Origin: Myxococcota bacterium
Lineage (GTDB): Bacteria > Myxococcota > XYA12-FULL-58-9 > JALHOP01
Assembly (NCBI GenBank): GCA_041288095.1
Contig: JBGGMJ010000111.1
Span: 1-32,395 of the forward strand
DNA: 32,395 nucleotides
Reading direction: 5' to 3'
The notes beneath the pieces are model-generated. The model saw nothing but the letters and a program-made list of their open reading frames with translations, was not told the DNA's origin and searched no databases. Positions 18,064-26,931 of this stretch are shown here, one piece after another (position 1 is the first letter of the stretch; each line of letters opens with the position of its first letter). The position numbers and the translations under genes are program-made.

Positions 18064-19353
18064 ATGACCAAGCATGCTCTCGCCCTGGTGCTGTTCTCCA
18101 CGACGGCGCTCGCAGCCTGTTCGGACGACGACAAGGAAAACGACGACGACACCTGCGTGAACTGTGTTTGCGTCAACTGCACCGACGGCGGTGGCGACGA
18201 CGATGGTGGCGGTGATGACGGGGACTTCGACGGTGACAGCCCCGGTGATAGCGGTCCCGTGCTGCTCGGCGAGGCGCCGCTCTATCGCATCGAATCCACG
18301 CAGGACATCTCGACCTCAGTTAGCCCCGTCGATCTCGTGGCCGGCGACTTCACCAATGACACCCATCTCGACATGGTGGTGGCGACGGGCGCCAACGTTC
18401 AGTACACCATCGGCGCCGCTACCGGCCTTTTCGGGGCCTTCAACACGCCCGCGACCTCGTCAGTGCCCGCGAGCAGTGTCGCGCTCGCTCATCTCAACGG
18501 CGATACCGGCGTCGATCTCATCGTCGGGCGCGCCGCCAGCGCCGAAGTGGAGGTCTATCTCCACACCAACAGCTCACCACCGTTCAACACGCACACCGTC
18601 GAGCCCATGACCGGTCTTCCCCGCCGTATCGTCGCGTTCGACGTCGACGGTGACAGCGACAACGACATCATCGCCGTTACCAGCGCGAACATCATCGCCG
18701 TGCTCGCAAACAACGGCTCCGGTGGCTTTACCGGCTCGACGGACTTCCCCGCTGGTGTCGACCCCCGCGCCCTCATCGCCGCCGATCTGAATGAAGACGG
18801 CCACGACGACATCGTCACGGTGAACCATGGCTCTGACTCACTCTCGATTCTCCTCGGTACCGGCGGCCCGCTCGCGACCGCGTTCGGCGCGCCCACCTTC
18901 ATCGAGACCGAAGACGAGCCGACGTCCGTTACAGCGGCCGACTTCAACGGCGATGGTAATCTCGATCTCGCGGTCGCGAGCTTCGCCAGCATCCGGCTCG
19001 CGATTCACCTGGGGACCGGGACCGGCTCCTTCGCGGCGCCTCTCGTTACCATCACCTCGGGCGGTCACAACTGGGTCTCGTCCGGCGACTTGAACGGCGA
19101 CGGCAGGGCCGATCTGTTCCTTACCGGCGCTTCCTCGGTGAACCCGCTCTACCTCGGCGGTCGCGGCGACGGCACCTTCTTCACCGCGGTGAAGGGCCAG
19201 GTCTCACAGCCCCTCTTCGACAACGCGACGCAGCGCCGCTCGGTGCTGGTCGACATCAACCATGACGCGCGCACTGACTTCTTGTGGGCCGCGGGTGAAT
19301 TCGGCGGTAGCCGCGTGCGCAGCCTTATCCAAGGACCGCCGACACCGCCGTAA
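18064..19353 (+). CDS. FG-GAP/VCBS-repeat lipoprotein
   Basis: Lipobox ALAAC; repeated DFNGDGNLDL, DLNEDGHDDI, DLNGDGRADL and DVDGDSDNDI motifs. Confidence 0.9.
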   Translation: MTKHALALVLFSTTALAACSDDDKENDDDTCVNCVCVNCTDGGGDDDGGGDDGDFDGDSPGDSGPVLLGEAPLYRIESTQDISTSVSPVDLVAGDFTNDTHLDMVVATGANVQYTIGAATGLFGAFNTPATSSVPASSVALAHLNGDTGVDLIVGRAASAEVEVYLHTNSSPPFNTHTVEPMTGLPRRIVAFDVDGDSDNDIIAVTSANIIAVLANNGSGGFTGSTDFPAGVDPRALIAADLNEDGHDDIVTVNHGSDSLSILLGTGGPLATAFGAPTFIETEDEPTSVTAADFNGDGNLDLAVASFASIRLAIHLGTGTGSFAAPLVTITSGGHNWVSSGDLNGDGRADLFLTGASSVNPLYLGGRGDGTFFTAVKGQVSQPLFDNATQRRSVLVDINHDARTDFLWAAGEFGGSRVRSLIQGPPTPP

Positions 19354-19363
19354 GCGACGTCGG

Positions 19364-20608
19364 TTAGCGACTCCGCCGCGGCGGTGCGGCGCCTGCATCC
19401 CGCTGCTGCGGATGCGGTCGTCGTTCGTTCTGCTGCTGCGGTCGTCGTTCGTTCTGCTGCTGCGGTCGTCGTTCGTTCTGCTGCTGCGGTCGTCGTTCGT
19501 TCTGCTGCTGCGGGCGCCGGTCGTTCTGCTGCTGCGGGCGCCGGTCGTTCTGCTGCTGCGGGCGCCGGTCGTTCTGCTGCTGCGGGCGCCGGTCGTTCTG
19601 TTGCTGCGGGCGCCGGTCGTTGTGCTGCTGCGGCCGTCGGTCGTTCTGCTGCTGCGGCCCGGGTCGACGCTCGCCGCGCGGCGCTGTCTGCTGTTGCGGA
19701 CCTCGCCCATCGCGCAGGGGTGGAACTGCCTGAGGAGGGCGCTTGCCGCGAGGCGCCTGGTGCATCGGTCCGCCCTGGTTGCGGCGACGCTGCTGCTCGT
19801 CCTTGCGCGCGTCGTCGATGACGTCCATCACGCCGCTGACGTGGGCCTGTTTCGCCGAGCGAACGTACTTCCCGGTGAGGCGGGTGTCCGCTTTCAGCTC
19901 GCCGCGCTCGTACAGACTCCAGAGCTCTTCGGCGTAGGGCGGGCTCGTCCACCCGCGCACGAAGCGCGCGACGAAGCGATGCAAGTTGTCGACGTCGCGC
20001 ATCAAGATCTTGCGTGCGTTCTGATTACCGGCGGCGTCGATCGCCTGCGGAAAGTCGATGATGACAGGTCCGTCCCCGGCCATGAGCACGTTGAACTCGG
20101 ATAAGTCGCCGTGGACGACGCCGGCGTGGAGCATGCGCACGACGTCGGCGAGCAGCACCTCGAAGATCAGCATGGCATCGTCCGGCGCGAACTGCAGCTC
20201 GCCCAGACGCCTCGCGGGGCTGCCGTCGGCGTCACACACTAGCTCCATGAGGAGCACGCCCTCGACGAACCAATAGGGCTCCGGCACCCGCACACCCGCC
20301 GCGCTCAGCCGATAGATCATGTCGACTTCGGTCGACTTCCAGGCGGCTTCGTCACGCGAGCGCCCGTACGCGGTCCGCTTGCTCATGGCGCGCTGATCGC
20401 GCGAATTCCGAACCCGGCGTCCCTCGGTGTACTCAGCCTTGTTCTTGAAGCTGCGTTCCTTCGCGTCCTTGTAGACCTTGGCGACGCACTGACGACCTTC
20501 GGAGATGACGAGATAGACGAGCGCCTCTTTGCCGCTCATGAGCGGTCGAACGACCTCATCCACGATTCCGTGATCGACGAGAGGCGCGAAGGCCTCTGGC
20601 AAACGCAT
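19364..20608 (-). CDS. RIO1-family atypical kinase/ATPase (PA4780-like) with repetitive C-terminal tail
   Basis: LMSGKEALVY, AKVYK, AAGVRVPEP, LLMELV, VHGDLSEFNVL, IIDFPQA, RDVDNL. Confidence 0.92.
   Translation of the reverse strand: MRLPEAFAPLVDHGIVDEVVRPLMSGKEALVYLVISEGRQCVAKVYKDAKERSFKNKAEYTEGRRVRNSRDQRAMSKRTAYGRSRDEAAWKSTEVDMIYRLSAAGVRVPEPYWFVEGVLLMELVCDADGSPARRLGELQFAPDDAMLIFEVLLADVVRMLHAGVVHGDLSEFNVLMAGDGPVIIDFPQAIDAAGNQNARKILMRDVDNLHRFVARFVRGWTSPPYAEELWSLYERGELKADTRLTGKYVRSAKQAHVSGVMDVIDDARKDEQQRRRNQGGPMHQAPRGKRPPQAVPPLRDGRGPQQQTAPRGERRPGPQQQNDRRPQQHNDRRPQQQNDRRPQQQNDRRPQQQNDRRPQQQNDRRPQQQNERRPQQQNERRPQQQNERRPQQQNERRPHPQQRDAGAAPPRRSR
19418..19657 (-). repeat. 10 x 24-bp coding tandem repeat (PQQQN[D/E]RR)
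   Basis: Four identical CCGCAGCAGCAGAACGAACGACGA units plus six units of the CCGCAGCAGCAGAACGACCGGCGC type, in frame in the RIO1 gene. Confidence 0.95.
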
Positions 20609-20702
20609 GGCGTCCCTTTATCCGCCCTAGCGGAAGCTGGACAAGCCGCGCGTTCGTAAAGCCGCGGAAAATGACCATTTGGCGGGTCCGCCCGGCCGTC
20701 AC

Positions 20703-20730
20703 GCACCGACAGCCTCGGAACCGTCGATAC
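20703..20730 (+). promoter_or_regulatory. sigma28/FliA-like promoter (leaderless)
   Basis: GCACC-N15-GTCGATAC-N8-ATG. Confidence 0.6.
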
Positions 20731-20738
20731 CGTCCTAA

Positions 20739-22436
20739 ATGCGCGTGGTGGAAGGATCTTCGTCGCTGCCAGGCTCGCCCGGGATAACCCCGGCGTTGCC
20801 GCCTGCCCAGCCGCTTGCTGGGGGCGAGCCCGGTCGCGCACGCCCCGAGCCGCTCGAGCCCCGCGTCCGGCGCGGCGTCCCCTCCGAAACGCCCGGCGAA
20901 GCGGCTTGGTTGCAAGCGCTGCGCCCGCACGCCGACGCGTTCCTGGCACATTGGCAACAGTCGCCTGACGCACAGCGCTGTCTCGCCATCATCGTCGCTT
21001 TGCGACCTTACCTCGGTGAGGCACAGGCAGCTTGGCTGCTCGCCGAGATCGTCTTGGACGGCCCCCCTGCGCGTAGTGGCACCCCGGCGCCGGCCGCGCC
21101 CATGAAGCTCACGACACTGCTCGGGCTGCTCGAGCGCTCCGACCCGCGACCCGTGCGCGCGCCATTTCACCGCCTGCTGGTCGCGAATCTCGGGACGTCG
21201 CCGCTGCTCGAGGAAGCGCGGGCGGCGTTGCCGACCTTGCCGCTCGATGTGCTCCTGCGGCTGTCGTTTCATCTCGAATCGACCCACCCCTTGCGCCGCG
21301 AGCTGTCCGAGGAAGCGCAGCGTCGATGCGCCGCGGTTGCCGGCTCGACCGATGATGCCACACGGCCCGAGTGGTTCGCGGAGCACCTCCTGCCGACCTT
21401 CGACAGAGGCGGGGAGCTGCAAGGCATGCGTGTCGCTGCCCTCGCGTCCACCGACGCCGAGAGCTTGGCACGCGACTATCTCGAACGCGGCCGACGCATC
21501 CTTGGTGACGAGTTTGTCGCTAAAGCGGACGAGCTGCGCCGGCTGTCGCGTGGCGCCTCCTCGGTGAGCGGCAATCTCTCTCGCGACGCCATGCGCCGTG
21601 AGCTCGCCGACAAGCTCGCGAAGGTTGTCGAGGCGCGAATCGCGAGCTCGCCATTGCGCCGCGATGTGGCGTTGGTGGCGGCGTCGCACATACCGGTGCA
21701 AGCAGCCGACGCCTATGGGCGCGCTCGACTCTTCGAGCAGCTCGCAACCACGCTGCAGCTCACCCATGGCGAGGTCGCTCGTGTGATGATCGAGCTCCGC
21801 GACCGCGATGCCGACGCTCGTCCCGAGCTGCGCAAGCGCCTCGAGCGTGTCGCCGAGTTGCCGGCAGAGCCGATCTTTCCGTTGCAGCCGGGCGACCGCT
21901 TCAGCGCCACGACGTTTTCGAACCCGCTCCTGCCCTCGGAAACCTCGCACGAGCTGGGTCACGCCTACGAAGCCGCGTGCCCCGAGGTGCTGTCCGCCGC
22001 GGCAGCCATGCGCGGCATGATCGCCATCGGTCCCCCGCGGCCGCTCAACGACCTCGCGGTGATTCACTCGGTGGCGTGCGCCAGCGGTGTCGACGGCATG
22101 CACGAGAAGCTGCTGCGTACGCTCGCGACCCGCGAAACCTGGCCTATTCTCGACTCCGCCAAGGCGGTGCGCACACTGCTCGCCGGCCATGGTCTCGAGT
22201 CCGTCATCGACGGCGTGCTCGCGAGCCAAGAGTGGGCAACGTTGCGGCCGTATGCAGCCAACGAGATCGCGCTACCGGTCGCGGCGCATCCTTATCTGGG
22301 AAAGATTTGCCCTGACGGCTCGACCGAGATCGTCTCGGTCGGTTTCGAGAAGCTCACGAGTGGCGAGGATCTCCTGAACGCCTATCTCGATTGCCCGGAG
22401 CACGTGTTGTTCACGCTTGGGTGTCTGCCGTCCTGA
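20739..22436 (+). CDS. hypothetical protein with C-terminal HExxH zincin-like domain
   Basis: Pro-rich N-terminus, helical middle, HELGH at 21948-21962 and downstream PYLGK...STEIVSVGFE. Confidence 0.7.
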   Translation: MRVVEGSSSLPGSPGITPALPPAQPLAGGEPGRARPEPLEPRVRRGVPSETPGEAAWLQALRPHADAFLAHWQQSPDAQRCLAIIVALRPYLGEAQAAWLLAEIVLDGPPARSGTPAPAAPMKLTTLLGLLERSDPRPVRAPFHRLLVANLGTSPLLEEARAALPTLPLDVLLRLSFHLESTHPLRRELSEEAQRRCAAVAGSTDDATRPEWFAEHLLPTFDRGGELQGMRVAALASTDAESLARDYLERGRRILGDEFVAKADELRRLSRGASSVSGNLSRDAMRRELADKLAKVVEARIASSPLRRDVALVAASHIPVQAADAYGRARLFEQLATTLQLTHGEVARVMIELRDRDADARPELRKRLERVAELPAEPIFPLQPGDRFSATTFSNPLLPSETSHELGHAYEAACPEVLSAAAAMRGMIAIGPPRPLNDLAVIHSVACASGVDGMHEKLLRTLATRETWPILDSAKAVRTLLAGHGLESVIDGVLASQEWATLRPYAANEIALPVAAHPYLGKICPDGSTEIVSVGFEKLTSGEDLLNAYLDCPEHVLFTLGCLPS

Positions 22437-22481
22437 CGGGGTGTCAGAACCCACACGCAGCCCGTGCAGGTATGCACGAGC

Positions 22482-23039
22482 ATGACCCGTCTATCCGACG
22501 CCCGAGCTGATCGCCTGTGGTCCGACACTCAAGCACAGCCGCGGACGTTTGCGCAGCGAGCCCAATCGCACGTGCGGCGGGGGGATACGGCATCGGGAGG
22601 GACGTCGACGTCCGATGCGGCTGGTCAGGACCGCGTCGCGAACGACCGCATCCTGCGCGCGGAAGCGCCCAGCACGGTTGCCGCGGGCTTGCCCATCAGT
22701 GCCGAGGAGCCGCCGGCGATCCAGACGGAAGCGCCACTCCCGCCGCCGATCTACTCGAAGGGCCCGCACTACTATTGCCCGGCAGGGTTCGAGGGGACGG
22801 CGCTCGATCCGCTACGACTCGCCGAGGAGTTCATGGCGCTCCCGGATGAGCTGCGCGGCAACTACTTCAACGCCTTGTGCCAGTACAACCCGAGCCTGGG
22901 GAGCGCGCTCAATTCCACGCTGCGCGACATCCGCGGCGCCGACGTGCAGAAGAACTGGCTCACGACGATGGACAACAGGCAGGGCAGCACCTTCAGCGCC
23001 GAAGGCCTGCCGCCCTGGTTGCTGTCGCACTTCACCTAG
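22482..23039 (+). CDS. hypothetical protein with disordered N-terminal half
   Basis: ORF downstream of 20739-22436 on the same strand; folded-looking C-terminal region of about 95 aa; start is uncertain. Confidence 0.55.
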   Translation: MTRLSDARADRLWSDTQAQPRTFAQRAQSHVRRGDTASGGTSTSDAAGQDRVANDRILRAEAPSTVAAGLPISAEEPPAIQTEAPLPPPIYSKGPHYYCPAGFEGTALDPLRLAEEFMALPDELRGNYFNALCQYNPSLGSALNSTLRDIRGADVQKNWLTTMDNRQGSTFSAEGLPPWLLSHFT

Positions 23040-23689
23040 CGTTGCGGTAACGCCTGCCGGAGAAACGCCGAGAGCTTCTTCGTTGCGATGTTGGTGTTGC
23101 GCCAGAGCTGGAGCAGCGCGGGGAGCTTCCAAGGGGCGCTGAGGAGCGCCCACGCGACTTTGCAATAGTCGACGTTCTGGTCGGGGCCCACGAGCTTGTT
23201 GAAATCGAACGGCAAGTCCTGGTCGGCGGTGTCGGAAATGGCACGGATGATCGTGCAGTTGACCCCTCGGTTGCGACAGATGGCCCGGATGAACCCCGAC
23301 TCGTTCTCGACGACGTCGGCGCCCGTCTGCTCGCGCAAACGCTGCCTATCGGCCACCGTCACTAGGACGTGCTCCGTGGTCGCAAAGCGGACCGGTTTGC
23401 CGCCGAGAGCAATCAAGGCCCCCGCGAGGCCCGGATCCGAGGTGTCGAAGACGATGTCGCCTACCGCCAGATCGGGGCGCAGCCCGCCGGTGACGCCCGT
23501 CGTGATCACGTGACCCGGCCGACCTCCCGCGAGAACCCGTAGGATAGCGGCCTCGGCATTCTTCCGACCCATGCCGCTGGTGCGGACGTCGATATCCGTG
23601 CGGCCCTTGGTGTCGCGAAGGAAAGGCCGAGACTCCTGCTCGAGCGCGAACAGGACGACCGTCTTATGGGGTAACGAAGGCACAACCAT
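23036..23689 (-). CDS. nucleoside phosphorylase/MTA-SAH nucleosidase family (HpnG-like)
   Basis: FALEQE, SGMG, TGVTGGLRPDLAVGDIV, GADVVENES, IRAISD..DQDLP. Confidence 0.82.
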   Translation of the reverse strand: MVVPSLPHKTVVLFALEQESRPFLRDTKGRTDIDVRTSGMGRKNAEAAILRVLAGGRPGHVITTGVTGGLRPDLAVGDIVFDTSDPGLAGALIALGGKPVRFATTEHVLVTVADRQRLREQTGADVVENESGFIRAICRNRGVNCTIIRAISDTADQDLPFDFNKLVGPDQNVDYCKVAWALLSAPWKLPALLQLWRNTNIATKKLSAFLRQALPQR

Positions 23690-23768
23690 CGAATTCACTC
23701 TGGGGGCGGAGTGTATCGATGCCTGCGAATCGAATGGTGCGCCGGGAGGGGGTGACGCCCCCGGCACC

Positions 23769-24572
23769 TCAGAAGTAATTGACCGATCGGCCCCTAGCCT
23801 CGGTCCGCGCCGCCACCGCGCTGCCTATGAACGTCCAGAAGTCATTGCGACCGTCCTCGTCGAGCTGGAACTCGACCGCGAGGCCGGGCTGTTCGGCATC
23901 GCTCACACAGCGGATCACGCGGCACGGAATCGGAAACTCGGCCTTGGTCTTGGGGTGAACGACGCGCAACGTCAGGCGCTCGCCCGCGGCGGTGACGATG
24001 CTCGTTGCGATGAACATGCCGCCCTGGGAGAGGTCGCGGGTGTGCATCGACACGAGGTCTTCGATGCTGTCGAAATACGCCTTGACCTCCACGAGGACCT
24101 CGAAGCGTTGGTAGCGTCGGCGCTCCGCTTTCGCGGACTCCTTGCGGCGGGGCAGGGCCGGCGGTTGCACGACTGGCGGTGATTCGACCGCGGGCGCGAC
24201 CGAGACCTCTTCTTTTTCTTTCTCCGCCAACTCGGGGTGTCGACGCTCGATCTCGCGCACGAAGCGATGCCACGCGTCGCGCTCATTGGGGCCGTTACCG
24301 TAAAAGGCCACCCCCACCCCGGAGGGTCGCTTGGGGTCACTCGAGCGGCGCACCGAGGTGATGCGTCCGAGCAGCTCGAGGGCGCCGCCGTCGAAGGGCA
24401 GGTCGATGCCGAGACGCACGAACTCGCCATCTTTCGGTCGTGCGTCCGTGCGCACGAAAACCCCGCTCATCCCGACGTCTGCGGTTTCTAGGGATAGCTT
24501 GTCTTTGCCGATGAGCAGCTCGACGGGGATGCAGATCTGGTAGCGGCGATACCGTCTCCCGTTAGCTTTCAT
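23769..24572 (-). CDS. tandem PilZ-domain protein
   Basis: Two RxxxR...DxSxxG-type units: RRYRRY..DVGMSGVFV and RRRYQRF..DLSQGGMFI; AAGGAG RBS before ATG 24572. Confidence 0.88.
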   Translation of the reverse strand: MKANGRRYRRYQICIPVELLIGKDKLSLETADVGMSGVFVRTDARPKDGEFVRLGIDLPFDGGALELLGRITSVRRSSDPKRPSGVGVAFYGNGPNERDAWHRFVREIERRHPELAEKEKEEVSVAPAVESPPVVQPPALPRRKESAKAERRRYQRFEVLVEVKAYFDSIEDLVSMHTRDLSQGGMFIATSIVTAAGERLTLRVVHPKTKAEFPIPCRVIRCVSDAEQPGLAVEFQLDEDGRNDFWTFIGSAVAARTEARGRSVNYF

Positions 24573-24669
24573 GCTCCTTGGCAGCGTACCGCCGTCACGT
24601 CGTTGCGTCCACACGTGGTGGCAGGCGTTGACCGAGCATGGCTCTCTATGACGAGGTGTGAGGACTCCA

Positions 24670-26121
24670 ATGAAACTCAAGCTCGCTCTGCCGTCATGCT
24701 GTGTCCTGCTCGTCGCCTGTTTGTGGGTTAGCGCCGCCCGCGCCTTTCCCGTCGATGACTTCGAGCGCACCGGCATCCGGCGCCTGAAGTTCCAGCAGGA
24801 CGCGCTCAACGGTCTCCACAGAGGACCCAAGCTGGTTCCAGGCGCTCGCTGGCCAGCCGCCAACATCAAGCTGCGCATGCGCGAACAGGGTCGTAACTTC
24901 GAGCTGACGACCGCGACGCCCAAGGATCCCGTCCTTCAGCCAGCCCTCGAAAAGGTGCTCAAGCAGTGGTCGTGGCACAAGTACGACGTCGCCATTCTCG
25001 ACATCACCGATCCGGCGCACCCGCGCTACGCAGCCGTCAACGAGCAAGTGGGACAGACGCCCGGCAGTGTCGCCAAGGTCCTCGTTGCATCGGGCATGTT
25101 CGACCAGCTCAAGCAGCGTTTTCCCAACGACATCGCGGCCCGCGAGAAGGTGCTCAGAGAGACGATCGTCACCGCCGACGATTGGGCGATGAAGGACTCG
25201 CACGACCTTCCCTTCATCACCGGAGCCAACCTCGACAAGAGCACCAGCCGCCGCGTCGTCATCGGCGACAAGCTCAGCTTGTGGGAGTGGATGGACGGCG
25301 CGCTATCGGCGAGCAACAACTCGGCGGCGGCGATGCTGTGGCGCGAGGCCACGTTGATGAAGCTCTTGGGCGCGGAGTATCCGCCCCCCAAGGTCACGGC
25401 TGACCTGTGGAAGCAGCTCGGCCGCGATGCGCTCACCAATGCTTCCTTCGAGGTCGTCAGCAAGCCGCTGTCCGATGCGGGACTCGACCCTGAGATCCTC
25501 CGCTTGCGCCTCTACTTCACCAAGGGCGCGGGCAAATACATCCGCTCGCAAACCAGCAGCGCTACCGCGTTGTCGCTCGTGCAGTGGCTGTTGCGCGTCG
25601 AACAGGGTCGCATGGTCGATGAGTGGTCGAGCCTCGAGCTCAAGAAGATGATGTATCTGACGCGCCGCCGCGTCCGTTATCTGCACACGCACAAGCTCGA
25701 CAACTTCGCGGCGTTCTTCAAGAGCGGCAGCCTCTTCAGGTTCAAGCCCGAGACCACCGAGCGCGTGCAGTACGAGGGTGACCTCCAGAACATTCTCAAC
25801 TCACTCATCGAGATCGACACTACGCCGCCGCCGGCCGAAGCCCTCGCCGCCGTCACCGGACCGGCTGCCGACCTCGCGGCCAAGACGCCCAGCGTGAACG
25901 CGGCAGGCAAGCCCTACGTCTATCTCGTTGCCGTCATGTCGAACGAGCTCAAGCGCAACGCCGCCGAGGATCACGCCCGCCTCGCGGAAGCGATCCACGC
26001 GTTGATCACCGCGACGAAAGACGCGCCGGCGGTGATCCCGACCTCACCCGACGCCCTGAAGGTGCCGGACGTGAAGGAGGGGGCTGAAGACAAGGACGAA
26101 GGAGCGGACTCGCCGCAGTGA
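24670..26121 (+). CDS. secreted serine hydrolase, beta-lactamase/DD-peptidase fold
   Basis: Signal peptide; SxxK (GSVAK), SxN (SNN) and KSG motifs in the expected order. Confidence 0.8.
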   Translation: MKLKLALPSCCVLLVACLWVSAARAFPVDDFERTGIRRLKFQQDALNGLHRGPKLVPGARWPAANIKLRMREQGRNFELTTATPKDPVLQPALEKVLKQWSWHKYDVAILDITDPAHPRYAAVNEQVGQTPGSVAKVLVASGMFDQLKQRFPNDIAAREKVLRETIVTADDWAMKDSHDLPFITGANLDKSTSRRVVIGDKLSLWEWMDGALSASNNSAAAMLWREATLMKLLGAEYPPPKVTADLWKQLGRDALTNASFEVVSKPLSDAGLDPEILRLRLYFTKGAGKYIRSQTSSATALSLVQWLLRVEQGRMVDEWSSLELKKMMYLTRRRVRYLHTHKLDNFAAFFKSGSLFRFKPETTERVQYEGDLQNILNSLIEIDTTPPPAEALAAVTGPAADLAAKTPSVNAAGKPYVYLVAVMSNELKRNAAEDHARLAEAIHALITATKDAPAVIPTSPDALKVPDVKEGAEDKDEGADSPQ

Positions 26122-26149
26122 GCCTGTGCGCTAAAGCGGTCGGGTGAGG

Positions 26150-26884
26150 CTAGCGATGAAAGCGGCGCCCCTCGAGGTCCTTGTGTCGGCTGCCGAGCAC
26201 GAAGAGATCCACGACATCGAGCGGAATCGACAAGACGTGCAGGACGTCGCCAATCAGCGGCGGCGAGTAGCCCTCGCGACGTCGCGTCGACCAGTAGTGG
26301 CTCAAGTCCTGGCCTAGAGTGCGAACATAGCCTGCGTCCGCCTTCTCTTGCTCGAGCGCGAAGATGAGCTTCTGTCCCACGGAGGCGACGTCGGGAACGT
26401 CACGCCAGTGATGCATCAGATCGGTGATGAGGCCGACCTCGAACGACGAGATCGCCGCGCCAGTCTGGAGGTACTTCAGAGTTTCACCGCCCGTGGCCGT
26501 GAAACCGTTCCAGCCACTTCGAGAGGTGCCTGCTTCGATTGAGCGCGAGAGCGCTTGAGCAAGCGCCACCGCGAGCTCTTGCCGAGTGCGCGTTAGGGGC
26601 GGCACCTCGGCGATGGCCTTGGTGCTGGCGCCTTCGAGCACGTCGTTGCCGCTGCCGGCGCGGTCGTAGCCGCCGCGGTGGTTCCGCGCGGCCGCGTAGA
26701 TCTCGAGGAGCGACGCCTGCGACTTGCCGGGCAGGAGACGCTCAATGGTGGCCCGTTGAGCGGCCGGCACCTTGTCGAGCTGGACGACGTCATCGAGCCG
26801 CGATTGGACCTGCGCGGCGTCAATGCCGAGCACGCCCTGCGCAATGTCCGCGACCAGCTTCTGAGGACTCGCAATCTTATCCAT
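26150..26884 (-). CDS. hypothetical protein without signal peptide (244 aa)
   Basis: GGAGG RBS; helical composition; hydrophobic segment near the C-terminus. Confidence 0.75.
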   Translation of the reverse strand: MDKIASPQKLVADIAQGVLGIDAAQVQSRLDDVVQLDKVPAAQRATIERLLPGKSQASLLEIYAAARNHRGGYDRAGSGNDVLEGASTKAIAEVPPLTRTRQELAVALAQALSRSIEAGTSRSGWNGFTATGGETLKYLQTGAAISSFEVGLITDLMHHWRDVPDVASVGQKLIFALEQEKADAGYVRTLGQDLSHYWSTRRREGYSPPLIGDVLHVLSIPLDVVDLFVLGSRHKDLEGRRFHR

Positions 26885-26931
26885 ACGCCGCCTCCGCTCA
26901 CAGCACCCAAGAGTATCTGGGTTCTGGTGCC

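Noticed and set aside
19418..19657. Possible CRISPR array
   Set aside because: The units are contiguous 24-bp repeats with no unique spacers, lie in frame within a CDS, and no cas genes are present.
26150..26884. Immunity gene for the RHS protein
   Set aside because: There is a 111-nt gap with a hairpin and its own promoter motif, and no immunity-family features. Not excluded, but unsupported.
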